64,000 nt of DNA, taken from positions 1,868-65,867 of IMG/VR virus record IMGVR_UViG_3300046463_000715. One strand, written 5' to 3'. The notes under the pieces were generated by a model. The model saw only the letters and a list, made by a program, of their open reading frames with translations. It searched no databases and had not been told where the DNA came from. Position 1 is the first letter of the stretch. Every line of letters begins with the position of its first letter. Of this stretch, positions 7,482 to 17,900 are shown in pieces. Source of the DNA: a virus (taxonomy: Duplodnaviria > Caudoviricetes). The translations under genes were made by a program, and so were the position numbers.

Positions 7482-10087
7482 TAGTAGGTCCCTCCGGGTC
7501 GGCAGTGAATTTCAAAACTGGAAACGGCCCACTCTACGTCGGCGTCCTGAGAGAACATGCGGAGCCTGAGATAGCGACCGGCCCCGCCAGGGTTAATCCT
7601 GACGACGTCGCTGGTATTGCCCGACACACTCACAGGGAATGGGTCAGTGAATAAGATGCTGTCTTCCGGAGTGCCTAGACCGGCGCGCTGCCCCACTTGG
7701 AGATAGAGCGTGCGAGTCTGATTCGTCGCGGCAGAAATAGTTAGGCCGATGACGACCACATCGACATACTTCCAGATGTCTGGCTCGCCCAGGTCAAAGT
7801 CCTGTGTCTCGGACAGACACTTGTAGCCTCTGCCGTTTCGGTTAAAGGTATTGCCGAATCCCCAAATGACAATTTCTCCGTCGCCGAAGCCGAGCAGAAG
7901 GACTCGGTCGGTGCTCGAACCGGCGAAGCTGAGCCAGTTGAGTGTCGGGTCCATCGTGTCCCAGGTCAGAGACTCGGGCAGCGAATTCCACGGCGGGTCG
8001 ACCGAGAAGTCGACATCGGAAGCCGCGCTGATGCCCCTGACCGAGCTGTCGTAGTAGTCGAAGCTGCAGGTGTCCTCGACGTAATTCCAAATGAGAGTCT
8101 TTTGTCCACCGTTGATGGGATAGGAAATCCAGACCTCGTGCCGGATTTCTTTATGCACCATAACGATTTCGTTCAGGCGAGTGCGGTCAATTTCTTTCAG
8201 CACCTGCCGAGTGACTTGAGTAGCGATAGGCTGAGGAGAAGGCCCGCCGGTATAAAGGTAGAGCTCTTTGTGGCCGAGGAAAACAATTCGACCGTCGCCG
8301 AGATTCAGGACGGCAGTGCGCGAGAGCGCGCCCTCATCGCTGATTTCGGGATGGATGAAGAACGTCCCGGACCCCAGGCCGACATACTGGATTGACTGAA
8401 TCGAGCGCTCTTTGAAAATGTAGGCGTAGTCGCCCATCGCGATGATTTTGAAAATCTTTCCGTTCATCTTCGAGCCGACTACCCGGGTCTCCCCGGCTTC
8501 GTTCGCATCGACCGTGAAGAGCTGCTGACCGGCAGCGATAGTCAGACCAGTGGTCGTGTGTCCGGTCAGGTCTTGCAGACGAGCGGTGATGACGTTAGGT
8601 CCGGTCGCGACCGCAGTGACCTGATAGTAGTTGTAGAACTGGTTAACAGTTCCCGAACCGCGATTGTCCTGAACAAAAATAAACTGACCCACGACGATGC
8701 CAGCAGCAACTGGGTCCGTGGTAACCGGAATGGCTACAGTCGCGCCAGTGGCCGGTTGAACGTAGCCAGGGGTGTCGAGGACGAACACTGCAGAAGCAGC
8801 GGTCTGCGCGACCGGAATCCAGTTCGTGTAGTCGTCCTTGTCTGACCATTTGAGACGGTCGTCTTTCCACAGAAGGGCATGACCGAAGAAGGCTTCGACT
8901 CCGTCCCATTGCGAGTCTGCTGACGGCAGTCCCGGAATCGGCTGGCAAACATTAGGAAGGGGAGCGGTCCAATACTGCGCTGGGTTGTCGTGTTGCGCCA
9001 GGAGGATGGTGTCGAAAAAGTCTGTGGCTGTCCAGGGATAGCCTGTGGTCGGCGTAGCCCCGCTGAACAAATTCGTTGGAGTGAGGAAGAACACCCCACT
9101 AGTAAAAGAGCGGTCGAGAGATTCTACCAGACCACCGTGCGCTCCGATGAGAGGAGTCGGCACAGAGCCGATGAGGTTGCCCTGATACAAAAGAGAGTAG
9201 GCCCCGGCGTTGAACGGGAAGTCGAGGCCAGTGCCCGCATTGTAAATCGTGGTCAGCTCCGTTCCGCTCAAGACCCGATTGAAAACGGACATCGAGTCTG
9301 CCGCAACGGTCTCGGAGTTTGCAGCGTCAAAAACAGTTACCGTCTGGGGACCGGCAGCACCGAGGACTACAGAGAAAGTCGAAGCGGTGCCGTTGTTGAT
9401 TTTGAGCGTTACCGTCGCCCCATCGTAAGTCAGGGAAATGAAATACCAAGTGGCGAGAGGCATGAAGCCAGCACTAGAAAAAGTGTTGGTCACGAACCCA
9501 GCCGTAGGAGTGGACTTGAAAAAAGTTCCTCTGATGAAACCACTGACCGACTCCAGCTTTGCACCAGGGAAAGAAAAGAGAGTCGAGGTGTGAGATACCG
9601 AGCCAACGTAGAACCACCCAGCGATGGTGAAAGGCGCGCTGGCTAAATGCACGAGAGCTGGTGCCTCGGTGTGCAGAAACGGATACGAGGTGTAGCTGGC
9701 CGGGACGAAGCCGGAAAATTTCTGCGCACCTTTGCCGATTTTCCCGCCCACCTGATTGATGTGAACAATAGGAGGAACAACGTCGTCGTTGTTCCCGGGG
9801 GACTCTGCTAGGTCATAGGAATTAATGGACGCATCTATGCGTGTGCCGCTGGCCTCTTCCATGCGCCAGTGGGCCAGTAGGCCGGTCACCAGGGAGCCTA
9901 CCTGGGCCTGGGTGTAACCAGGAGCGTTCTTGGTCACTCCGTCTTCATAGCGGACATTCTGCGCGTCCGTAGCGGTGCGCTGCATGTCGCCTTGGCGATA
10001 CATGTCTGCGGACTCGTGAGGAAAGCGTGTGACTAGTCCACGCGACGGAGCCCGGACTCGGACGCTGATTGGGTCTGCGCGTCTCAT
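7481..10087 (-). CDS. tail tubular protein B / head-stabilising nozzle with an inserted LamG-like domain
   Basis: 868 aa; AQNVRY N-terminus, propeller-like motifs, C-terminal GRYLRLRM; LamG-like LLAHWRMEE...SVFNRVLSGTE. Confidence 0.7.
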   Translation of the reverse strand: MRRADPISVRVRAPSRGLVTRFPHESADMYRQGDMQRTATDAQNVRYEDGVTKNAPGYTQAQVGSLVTGLLAHWRMEEASGTRIDASINSYDLAESPGNNDDVVPPIVHINQVGGKIGKGAQKFSGFVPASYTSYPFLHTEAPALVHLASAPFTIAGWFYVGSVSHTSTLFSFPGAKLESVSGFIRGTFFKSTPTAGFVTNTFSSAGFMPLATWYFISLTYDGATVTLKINNGTASTFSVVLGAAGPQTVTVFDAANSETVAADSMSVFNRVLSGTELTTIYNAGTGLDFPFNAGAYSLLYQGNLIGSVPTPLIGAHGGLVESLDRSFTSGVFFLTPTNLFSGATPTTGYPWTATDFFDTILLAQHDNPAQYWTAPLPNVCQPIPGLPSADSQWDGVEAFFGHALLWKDDRLKWSDKDDYTNWIPVAQTAASAVFVLDTPGYVQPATGATVAIPVTTDPVAAGIVVGQFIFVQDNRGSGTVNQFYNYYQVTAVATGPNVITARLQDLTGHTTTGLTIAAGQQLFTVDANEAGETRVVGSKMNGKIFKIIAMGDYAYIFKERSIQSIQYVGLGSGTFFIHPEISDEGALSRTAVLNLGDGRIVFLGHKELYLYTGGPSPQPIATQVTRQVLKEIDRTRLNEIVMVHKEIRHEVWISYPINGGQKTLIWNYVEDTCSFDYYDSSVRGISAASDVDFSVDPPWNSLPESLTWDTMDPTLNWLSFAGSSTDRVLLLGFGDGEIVIWGFGNTFNRNGRGYKCLSETQDFDLGEPDIWKYVDVVVIGLTISAATNQTRTLYLQVGQRAGLGTPEDSILFTDPFPVSVSGNTSDVVRINPGGAGRYLRLRMFSQDADVEWAVSSFEIHCRPGGTY

Positions 10088-10791
10088 TAGAGTCTGATGA
10101 TAAAGTTAGAACCGAAGGACGGCTGCAAGTTCGTGTGCGAAGCAGCGTCGGCCTTCAGCTTGACGTTGGTGACGCCGGTCCCCGAGCCGTCGCCAAAGTT
10201 GTGTGCGTTCACGATTAGTTTTTCGAGAGACACACGACCACCGGTCTGTGCATCACCGTCGTCTTCCTCGATATTAATGTCCAAGCTGCCCTGCTGACTC
10301 GGAGACAGAGTGACAGAATCTACACCGGCTGAATCGCCGAGGGCAGCGATAGCTGGGGTTCGGCCCGCTCCACCGTCGAGGCCAACGGCAACACGACCGC
10401 GCCGGTCCGGGACATTGAAGTGACTCGCGCCCCCGGAATTTCCGTAGGTCGTCGCGATGACTGCGAAGAGCGCGGCATACGTCGGGTCAGTCCCGTCGTA
10501 GTTGGCTCCATCGCACAGAACATAGTTGGTGGGAGCTGCAGAGCCTGCAAACTCCAGGACAGCCCCTGTAGGAACCTGGAACAGTGTGCCTACACCGGCA
10601 GTGAGCTTGGCGGGCGTGACGGTTGCGTCGACGAGAGCCGCGCCGGTCACCACGTTGTTCTTGAAGGTGCCGTCGTCATTCAGAAAAACGCTGAAGATGA
10701 CATTGAGAGCCGTCTTGACAGCGCGAATCGCCGAGGCCCCGAGTTTTACTGGGTCTGTGTCGGCTGGAATTGAGTCGGGAAAAAGAGCCAT
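10087..10791 (-). CDS. tail collar domain protein
   Basis: PTGAVLEFAGSAAPTNYVLCDG...LFAVIATTYG...FNVPDRRGRVAVG...HTNLQP. Confidence 0.85.
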   Translation of the reverse strand: MALFPDSIPADTDPVKLGASAIRAVKTALNVIFSVFLNDDGTFKNNVVTGAALVDATVTPAKLTAGVGTLFQVPTGAVLEFAGSAAPTNYVLCDGANYDGTDPTYAALFAVIATTYGNSGGASHFNVPDRRGRVAVGLDGGAGRTPAIAALGDSAGVDSVTLSPSQQGSLDINIEEDDGDAQTGGRVSLEKLIVNAHNFGDGSGTGVTNVKLKADAASHTNLQPSFGSNFIIRL

Positions 10792-10795
10792 AATT

Positions 10796-11458
10796 TTACA
10801 TCCTATTTTCTCTGCCGGTTGTGTCTTTGTAAGCGTCCTGGCGCATAGCAACTCCGAACTGCTCTCCGAAGAGCTGCTCGGTTTGACCAGCGGCTGGGTC
10901 GTTGATTCGGTTGAAAGCTTTTGTCTTCGCCTTGAGCTCGACCATTTCAGGATACTGAATCATGAACTGGTTCGTGTCGTTGTCGTTGACGAGGTCCGGG
11001 AAAAATCTGTAGTAGCGGACATTGAAAACCAAGTCCTGCGTGCCAGGGATGACGATGCCGAGGGTCTTGACCTGCGTGCCGTAAGTGGTGAGGTCGCTCT
11101 CCTCGGTGAGGAACACCGACATAAGAGGGAACATCGTGATGTCGAAGTTCCAGGCGGAGCGCACCTGCTCGGACTCGGTGACGACATTGACCGGCTTGGC
11201 GACAGCTCCACCAGGGACGGCAGGGTCTTGAATCGCCAGGGTGACTGCGGGCCGGACGTTCTGGAGCTCCTTGTAGTCAGCTGGGAGCGCGACAGAAGTC
11301 TGACCGGCGAGAAGTGTGACCGTGGCCCGGGTCCGCATGAAGGACCACGAGCGGCGATTTTGGATTTCGCGGAGAGCGGCGTTAACGAATCCGTCGTAGG
11401 ACAAATCGTTGCGGAGAACACCTTGCTTTACCGCTGCCTGCATGTCAGCGAAGTTCAT
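10796..11458 (-). CDS. tail tubular protein A / head-tail adaptor
   Basis: 220 aa, VNAALREI...WSF...LPADYKEL; follows the capsid operon. Confidence 0.7.
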   Translation of the reverse strand: MNFADMQAAVKQGVLRNDLSYDGFVNAALREIQNRRSWSFMRTRATVTLLAGQTSVALPADYKELQNVRPAVTLAIQDPAVPGGAVAKPVNVVTESEQVRSAWNFDITMFPLMSVFLTEESDLTTYGTQVKTLGIVIPGTQDLVFNVRYYRFFPDLVNDNDTNQFMIQYPEMVELKAKTKAFNRINDPAAGQTEQLFGEQFGVAMRQDAYKDTTGRENRM

Positions 11459-11473
11459 ACAATACTATAACGC

Positions 11474-11511
11474 AAAAAACCGAGAAGCGCTACTTGCATA
11501 GCACCTCTCGG
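11474..11511 (-). terminator. intrinsic terminator after the capsid operon
   Basis: CCGAGAGGTGCTA/TAGCGCTTCTCGG hairpin followed by T6. Confidence 0.8.
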
Positions 11512-11544
11512 CGATGAAAACTGTCTTCAGAGGCGCGTGGCCAC

Positions 11545-11709
11545 TTAATGGAGGTCCGAGGGACCCCGCTTCACGGAATTCTCTTTCTCGATTGCTTCGA
11601 CGGCTTTCTTGTCAGGGATACCGTCCAGGACTTTCGAGGCATAGGTTTCGTGGTCGAGGCCAGATTTTACATCTGCCTTCGCGAACGTGGGCTTAACATT
11701 GTCGGCCAT
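11545..11709 (-). CDS. small hypothetical protein (54 aa, MADNVKPTF...)
   Basis: GAGAGAAAAATT-ATG start; fills the gap; below the ORF track cutoff. Confidence 0.55.
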   Translation of the reverse strand: MADNVKPTFAKADVKSGLDHETYASKVLDGIPDKKAVEAIEKENSVKRGPSDLH

Positions 11710-11721
11710 AATTTTTCTCTC

Positions 11722-12021
11722 CTACTTTGCTGGGACTTCCACCACACCATAACCGGCGGGTAGCTGTCTCAAATTTTCTGCTAACTTTTCGTCTTCGGTG
11801 ACAATCTCAGAAGACGGACTAAAGGTCCGGTCCTGGCGATGTCTCAGAGGGAACGTAAACGCGCTCCCGTCCTTGAAAACAAGCTCCTGTCCTACACAGT
11901 GCAGCTTCGCAAACTTCCATCGAGGCTTTTGCTCGACGGCTGGTGGGCTAACCAGCTCTTCTCTTTCTGGAGAGGCTGGGGTCGCCAGCTTCTCCGCCCT
12001 TACAATTCTCTTAGCCTCCAT
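11722..12021 (-). CDS. hypothetical protein downstream of the capsid gene
   Basis: 99-aa ORF in the operon. Confidence 0.55.
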   Translation of the reverse strand: MEAKRIVRAEKLATPASPEREELVSPPAVEQKPRWKFAKLHCVGQELVFKDGSAFTFPLRHRQDRTFSPSSEIVTEDEKLAENLRQLPAGYGVVEVPAK

Positions 12022-12026
12022 TGGGC

Positions 12027-13286
12027 TTAGGTGATTTTCTGCAGCGACTGCGCGTAGCCGAAGGCGTTCGCGAAGCGGAGCTTCAGACCGAGCTTAGCCC
12101 GGAACTGCTCCTTGTAGCTGTCCTGGCCCGGGGTCTGGATGTTGGGTTCCAGGAACAAGGGCTCCATAGTTTTCTGCATGACGTGCGCCAAGTCCACAAC
12201 GAACATCCAGTCGACGAAGGTCGGGATTTCTTTGAGGAGCGGGTGGAACGCGAGGTCGAGCTCACCGAAGGGAGTGTTGACCACGGTGATGTTCATACCG
12301 AACACAGTTTCCTGGTTCATGATACGGAACCCGTTGGCCGCGCTGTTGGCGAAAGTGCTGAACACGCTGTAAGCGGTCGGGCCGCAGAGAGCGAGCTTCG
12401 CGTCCGAGCCGACAGTCATGAACGAGTTCAACCAAGCATTGACGTTCGCGAGCGAGGTGCCCGAGCCGCCGTTACCGTTGAGTGCGTTGACCGTGAGGCC
12501 AGCAGCGTCGACTGCATTCTTGATGCCGCCGGTGAAATATTCGTAGCCGCCGGAAGCGCCGGTTGCGCGCCGTTTCAGGCCGAGCAAGAAGCTGCCTTCG
12601 ATGTCCTTCGAAATACGTTCGAGGGCCTGGATGCGCCGAGCCTTCAGAGGACCGGCTTGGTCGGAGCGGAGCTTGTTCGCTTTGAAAGCGTTCGAGAGCT
12701 CGATGACCGAGTTGAAAGTCTGCACGTAGTTCGTGAGAACCGTGGGCTCTTCGTAGGAACCGCGAGAAGGAACCACGCCCTCTTCTTTACCAGCAGTAAC
12801 GATGCTCCAGGTGTCGTCGATGTTGATGACGGTCGCACCGGTAGGCGCGGCGTCAATCGACCGAGCCACGGTGACCGTGTTGGTCGTCGGGGTCGCGGTC
12901 ACTTCGATATACTCGCCGGTCCGCGCATTGCGCAGAATGTGACCCTGAATGAGGTAGGGCCAAGCATCGACCGAGGAGCCGCTGGCGGCTGAGAAAACGA
13001 TTGTGCCAGAAACGCCCTGAGAGACAGGGGGAACGGCGTTTGCGCCGGACGTATGGTCGGCGAAGATTTCCCGCTTCACTGGGTCGCGTTCGAACCAGTT
13101 GAATTCGGTGTTTTCGGCGGGCTCGGCTTTCAACCGGGACATCAGCCCGAACAGCGTTGAACCGGCATTCATGCCTTTGCTGTTACGGACCAAGATGCTC
13201 TCCTGGTATTCACCGACGAGGTCGCCCTTATTGTCCAACGAATTGCTTACGTTGGTTTGAGAAAGTAATCCTGCTACTGCGCTCAT
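12027..13286 (-). CDS. major capsid protein
   Basis: 419 aa; EFNWFE, NYVQTF, FTGGI, TPFGEL motifs of podoviral HK97-fold capsids; follows the scaffold. Confidence 0.9.
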   Translation of the reverse strand: MSAVAGLLSQTNVSNSLDNKGDLVGEYQESILVRNSKGMNAGSTLFGLMSRLKAEPAENTEFNWFERDPVKREIFADHTSGANAVPPVSQGVSGTIVFSAASGSSVDAWPYLIQGHILRNARTGEYIEVTATPTTNTVTVARSIDAAPTGATVINIDDTWSIVTAGKEEGVVPSRGSYEEPTVLTNYVQTFNSVIELSNAFKANKLRSDQAGPLKARRIQALERISKDIEGSFLLGLKRRATGASGGYEYFTGGIKNAVDAAGLTVNALNGNGGSGTSLANVNAWLNSFMTVGSDAKLALCGPTAYSVFSTFANSAANGFRIMNQETVFGMNITVVNTPFGELDLAFHPLLKEIPTFVDWMFVVDLAHVMQKTMEPLFLEPNIQTPGQDSYKEQFRAKLGLKLRFANAFGYAQSLQKIT

Positions 13287-13343
13287 GAGTTATGTCCCCT
13301 TGTTAGGTTGTTTCGATTGGACGAAGGTCGTCCTTACACTGGA

Positions 13344-13372
13344 AGAATAGCCTGATTAAAACGCATTGGCAA
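13344..13372 (-). promoter_or_regulatory. capsid promoter
   Basis: TTGCCA-N17-TATTCT. Confidence 0.6.
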
Positions 13373-13417
13373 ATGGTTGGGATTTTATGTCTGCAGAAAA
13401 TGGTTTTGAATCTGGGC

Positions 13418-13456
13418 AAAAAGAAGCCCCGCAGGCGAAGGTTAACCTGCGGGGTT
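13418..13456 (-). terminator. intrinsic terminator after the scaffold gene
   Basis: CCCCGCAGG/CCTGCGGGG stem followed by CTTCTTTTT. Confidence 0.8.
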
Positions 13457-13492
13457 GTGATGATGACCGGAGCGGGAGCTCCGTCTTTGCGA

Positions 13493-14611
13493 CTAGTCTT
13501 GCAAATCTTTTGCCACGCTTTTGTGGAAGTCGGGCGTAGAGCCAGCCGCGATAGCAGCCGGTGAATTTCCAGAAGGAGCTTGAACCCGGGGCTTAGCTGG
13601 CGCGGCGGGCGCGGCGGCAGCGGCAGGTGCGGGAACGACTGCGGCGGGCGCGGCGGCAGCGGCAGCTGCTACATCGCGGGCGGCTTTCTCTCTCCAGGTG
13701 TCGGTAGCAGTGGGAAACCACCGCTTGTATTCGGTCTGCAGCATGGAGTCGACTTGAGCGGCGACTTCCTTGCCGAACTGGTCCTGAGACATCGCGGCGA
13801 CTTGCTGCGGGAACTGCGCTTCGAGGCCTTGCGCGATTTCTCGAACGAGGCTCATGTGCGGCTTGAGGTCCGGGAAGGCTGAGCTGAATTGCGTCTCAGC
13901 AGCAACGCGAGCGATGTCCTGGTGGTTGGTTAGGAGCGGGGTCAGCGTGGTCTGCAGATTCTGAATCATCGGCTCCAGGTCTTCATACATCGACTTGCGA
14001 GCGAGGAGCGCCGTGCGGGCAGAAACTGTTGCGAGCTTCTGGCCGAAGAGTTCGACAGCACCCTTGCCGCCGGACAGAATGGTTTCCATTTCGTCTTCGG
14101 TGACGGGGAAGCTGATGGCTTCTTTCTTGATGAAGCTGTTGACCCAGGCTTCCTCGCGCTGTGCGACGTCGGCCTTCGAGGCAGCAATCTCCTCGGGAGT
14201 CGGTTGACGCTGAGCAGCAGGAGCTGCGGGCGCGGCTGCGGGTTTCGGTGCGGGCGCGGGAGCCGCCGGTTTCGCAACCAGGGCTTCGAGCTCTTTGACG
14301 GTGTATTCCTTGTCGCCGATTTTGACTTTCTCGGGCGCGGCAGGAACAGCAGGTTTTGCAGGAGCCGCCGGGGTAGCCGGTGCGGCAGCAGCTGCGGGCT
14401 TCGATGCAGGAACGGTCTCGGTGGGCTCTGCAGGTTTCGCCGGTTCCGCTGGCTTCGAAGGTTTCGGGTCCAGAGAAGTTTCCAGTCCTAGCGCGCTGGC
14501 CGGGACGGTTAACTTAGCGGGAGGGTCGGGAATTCCAACGGGGAGATTCGGTGTAGCAGCAGGTGATGGTATAACCGCTGCGGGCGTTTCGAGTGTAGCT
14601 GCGTCTGCCAT
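13493..14611 (-). CDS. capsid scaffolding protein
   Basis: P/A-rich ends, helical core, VKIGDKEYTVKEL; lies between portal and capsid. Confidence 0.75.
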   Translation of the reverse strand: MADAATLETPAAVIPSPAATPNLPVGIPDPPAKLTVPASALGLETSLDPKPSKPAEPAKPAEPTETVPASKPAAAAAPATPAAPAKPAVPAAPEKVKIGDKEYTVKELEALVAKPAAPAPAPKPAAAPAAPAAQRQPTPEEIAASKADVAQREEAWVNSFIKKEAISFPVTEDEMETILSGGKGAVELFGQKLATVSARTALLARKSMYEDLEPMIQNLQTTLTPLLTNHQDIARVAAETQFSSAFPDLKPHMSLVREIAQGLEAQFPQQVAAMSQDQFGKEVAAQVDSMLQTEYKRWFPTATDTWREKAARDVAAAAAAAPAAVVPAPAAAAAPAAPAKPRVQAPSGNSPAAIAAGSTPDFHKSVAKDLQD

Positions 14612-14613
14612 AA

Positions 14614-14883
14614 TTATTTTTCCTTCAGTTTGTTGATAAGTTCGGACATTGCGGGTGCGACTGTCGTTCGGGCGAGGAATTCTCTGCTCCTGCGAGCTTC
14701 TGCAATTTCTCCCTGGACTCTTGCGAGCCCCTCGGGCGTAACGTTCTCAAGCGAACGAACCAATTCGGCGATTCGCTGGTCGAAGTGTGCCAGGAGAAAT
14801 GAGTTGATTGATGAGTCACGAAAAACGCACCAGCGTGATTCGACCTCATTCTTAATGCCTTCAAGATGAAACCTCGTTTCCAC
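14614..14883 (-). CDS. small helical head-assembly protein
   Basis: 89 aa between portal and scaffold, LARVQGEI. Confidence 0.55.
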   Translation of the reverse strand: METRFHLEGIKNEVESRWCVFRDSSINSFLLAHFDQRIAELVRSLENVTPEGLARVQGEIAEARRSREFLARTTVAPAMSELINKLKEK

Positions 14884-14892
14884 TTACACACC

Positions 14893-14922
14893 AATATAGC
14901 CCGATACCTCTTTAATTGTCAA
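14893..14922 (-). promoter_or_regulatory. sigma70-type promoter
   Basis: TTGACA-N18-TATATT. Confidence 0.6.
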
Positions 14923-14927
14923 ACAGC

Positions 14928-17066
14928 TCAAGTGTTAGACGGCTTCGGCTGCGGAGCCGCAACGCGAGGAAGCGTTAACGGCGGGAGCTCGGGAGCGGCG
15001 ATACCTTGCGGGGTCGGTCCAGGTGCTTGAGCCGCCGGTTGAACCGGGAGAGCCGGTGCGCCAGCCATTGCGGGACTGCCTGCAGGACCAGCAGGTGTTC
15101 CGCCGGGAGGCCCGCCAGGAGCCCCACCCTGTGCAGCTGCGAGCTGGTCTGGAGTGTAGACGAAATTTTCGACAGAGACACCGGACGCTTTCGCGGCAGC
15201 GAAGATAAGCAGGCGTGGGTCGAGGTTGCCAGGAGCCGGTTGAAACACCTGCGGAAACGCTGTCGCCGCTTCGAGCAGACGAGTAATAGCCGCGACCTTG
15301 CGACCGTCAGGCCCAGGTAGCGCTCCGTCGTGCGCGATGAAATCAAACTCACCTTCGATTGTGTCTCGGGAAATATTAATGGCGTAGGCATTCGCTAAAG
15401 CTGGAGGAAGATTTTCGACGTTGGTCGATTTGAATTTAACCATCTGGGCATCGTTCATGAACTGTTGAAAGTTCGAAACGAACTGCTTGGTCTGAGGCAC
15501 GAGGCCCTGGACAGAGAGGAGACGAGCGAGCGCAGTCATGCGTCCGGCACTCATTTGCTGGGTGCCTGCATATTCGGTCGCGCTCTGGTCACCAGAAGGT
15601 GTAACCCCCTGCATGTTGGAATTTGCAGCGGTGACGGACTCGGACCATTTTACGAAGTCCATCGCTTCCTCTAAAAAGTTTTCGGTAAGGTCCTTGATGG
15701 GGACCTGCGTGAACACGTCACTGATTTTCTTCCCGGCGGCTTCGGGGCGCAGAGAAATAAGCAGCCCTTCCTTGTCGGGGTTCATGAAGTCGGAGACGTC
15801 CACACATGCGGGGTCATAGACAAAGATGTTGCCCACGGTCCGGCTCAGTGCTTCCTGGTGTCGGTTTTTCAACCAGTCAACGTAGTCTTGAATGCCTTTC
15901 AGCATAAAAACCCACCCAGGAGAAAACTGGAAGTGCGCGTTAGGCCGACCTTCCGCAACAGAATATGGATACATCCCGTGCGCGTAGGTTGACTCGGTCA
16001 TGGATAAGAGGACATCACCACCAGAAATAAGAATCTGGAAAATTACAGGCTCGTCACCCACGTCATCAGCGTAAATCTCGTTGTCGCGAGGCACGAGTCG
16101 CACCCACAGCTCCCAACATTCAACGTTCCCAGTGTCGTTCTTGTCGGCTTGAGACGCGCCTGTAGGCTGTAGTGCGCGGGTGCGCTCATACGCAGTGCGC
16201 GAGAGGCGAATCTCTGCAGGGTTAGGTAGAACGCCAGGAAGAGAGGGAACAGCGGCGTCAGCTTGCGCGACACCTTTCTTGGCCTTCTCGACGAGTTCGG
16301 TGACTGCGGATGGTAGAACATATTGTGGATGGTCTGGAGAAAGTTTTGCGCGCCTGCGGAGCTCGGTCACGGGAATGACTGTGCGGTGACCGGCGAAGCG
16401 CATTTCCTGCATACGCCAGAGAGGAAGAGCGGGGTCGCAAATCCAGTCGTAGGGAGAGACGAGCTCCATGTTGTTATAACCGCCGACTTCGACATTCGTC
16501 CGTCGAGTGCGCGGGTAGGTCTTCGGTTTCGACTCGCCGGTCTCGGGGTCGGTCTCGGTTTCGTCGGGGATGGGCACATCTTCCTGCACCATCTGCGGAC
16601 GGAAAATCGGTCTCCAAGAATTGTAGAAGATGCCACGGTTAACCGCGAGAGCGTCCTTAGTCCAGAGGTAGCCCATCTGATACGAGCCCCCAGGCTGCTG
16701 CTCAGAATTCCAGCGAAGGAGCTGGTTCACAAACTCGGCAGGAATTTCGTCTTCCGGTCGTCGGCCTTCCACTGCATTGGGCGTAGCCTGACCGAAGAGC
16801 ACTTGCGAGACGTAAGTTGTCATCGTCTCGATTTGCGTCGAGGTCATCGGCAAAATGTAACGCTTCGGACTGCCGCGCTCCAGGGCGTCCATGTCCTTCT
16901 TCGTGAGAGGGGCGTAGACGTTCAGGATGTCGTAAGCGACGTCGAATTCATTCGACCAATACGCGAGTGCGTCTCGGCCCAGGCGCAAGTAATCCTTCGC
17001 GAGCTTGACCATCTTCGCTCGGAAATCCTTGTCCTTCTCAATCCGCCTTGCGAGTAATAAGTCCAT
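14928..17066 (-). CDS. portal protein
   Basis: 712 aa; VSPYDWICDP, YPY, MQG...SATE motifs; P/A-rich tail; synteny. Confidence 0.85.
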   Translation of the reverse strand: MDLLLARRIEKDKDFRAKMVKLAKDYLRLGRDALAYWSNEFDVAYDILNVYAPLTKKDMDALERGSPKRYILPMTSTQIETMTTYVSQVLFGQATPNAVEGRRPEDEIPAEFVNQLLRWNSEQQPGGSYQMGYLWTKDALAVNRGIFYNSWRPIFRPQMVQEDVPIPDETETDPETGESKPKTYPRTRRTNVEVGGYNNMELVSPYDWICDPALPLWRMQEMRFAGHRTVIPVTELRRRAKLSPDHPQYVLPSAVTELVEKAKKGVAQADAAVPSLPGVLPNPAEIRLSRTAYERTRALQPTGASQADKNDTGNVECWELWVRLVPRDNEIYADDVGDEPVIFQILISGGDVLLSMTESTYAHGMYPYSVAEGRPNAHFQFSPGWVFMLKGIQDYVDWLKNRHQEALSRTVGNIFVYDPACVDVSDFMNPDKEGLLISLRPEAAGKKISDVFTQVPIKDLTENFLEEAMDFVKWSESVTAANSNMQGVTPSGDQSATEYAGTQQMSAGRMTALARLLSVQGLVPQTKQFVSNFQQFMNDAQMVKFKSTNVENLPPALANAYAINISRDTIEGEFDFIAHDGALPGPDGRKVAAITRLLEAATAFPQVFQPAPGNLDPRLLIFAAAKASGVSVENFVYTPDQLAAAQGGAPGGPPGGTPAGPAGSPAMAGAPALPVQPAAQAPGPTPQGIAAPELPPLTLPRVAAPQPKPSNT

Positions 17067-17072
17067 AAATCG

Positions 17073-17900
17073 TTAAACAAACCCACCACCCAAAGAAGTT
17101 CTCAGAGCCTGCACCGCTGCGTAGAGCGTGCCGCTGTCCGTAGCGTTCATGCCGGTAGTGACGGCTGCGAACGAATAGATGCGCCCCAGTGCCTCGCCGA
17201 ATGTCCCGTCTGTGTTCATTCCGATACCCATTGAAAAGTTGAGGTTCGAAATGTCCCCGGTCTCGGCTGTAGCGATGCTACCGATAGATGCGTGAGCGCT
17301 GCCGCTGTTGGCAAAATACATGTTGAGGCTGGTGCTACCCGTGCGCTGGCAGGAGTAGAAGCCGTTAGCTCCTGCGCCAGCTACGGTGAGGAGCACTTTC
17401 CCGATTTGAGTTTTTTTATTCCCAGAAGCGGTGCCGAAGTAGAGCCCGTCACCGGTCGCAACGTGGAGGGCTCCGAAGTCTATAGCGTGCTGAGGGTCAG
17501 CGGCGATGTCGTAGCCATAGAGCACTACGCCCGCACTGTTAAACGACAGGCCAGAAAGCGACGGCTGAATAATGCCAACAAGTGTCGGGTCTCCGACAAT
17601 GTTGAGTGCCCAGCCGTTCAATCCGCTTCGACCGTCGTAGTTGTCATGAGCTAGATTGTCCCAAGGGTCGACACCACTTGGACCGACGATGAGAGGAGTC
17701 CGGGCGGCAATCACACTGTCCGGAGCAAAGAAATTGCACGCAACGATTTGGCTCCTGATGTCCCTGATTGCCAGATTGAATGACGCCAGTGCTGTGAGCG
17801 TGTTACCGCTCGGCATGGGTCCACCGTTCACCACAACTCGACGAGCCCATTGGTCGCCGAGAGCCATGAACGGAAGGTCGTTGACAGATTGCGTAATCAT
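17073..17900 (-). CDS. fibre/spike-like protein, paralogue of the modules in 4093-6231
   Basis: WARRVVVNGGPMPS...CNFFAPDSVIAARTPLI...VQALRTSLGGG. Confidence 0.65.
   Translation of the reverse strand: MITQSVNDLPFMALGDQWARRVVVNGGPMPSGNTLTALASFNLAIRDIRSQIVACNFFAPDSVIAARTPLIVGPSGVDPWDNLAHDNYDGRSGLNGWALNIVGDPTLVGIIQPSLSGLSFNSAGVVLYGYDIAADPQHAIDFGALHVATGDGLYFGTASGNKKTQIGKVLLTVAGAGANGFYSCQRTGSTSLNMYFANSGSAHASIGSIATAETGDISNLNFSMGIGMNTDGTFGEALGRIYSFAAVTTGMNATDSGTLYAAVQALRTSLGGGFV

Noticed and set aside
4093-17900. Diversity-generating retroelement acting on fibre paralogues
   Set aside because: No reverse transcriptase and no adenine-specific TR/VR pair; the paralogues are old and diverged
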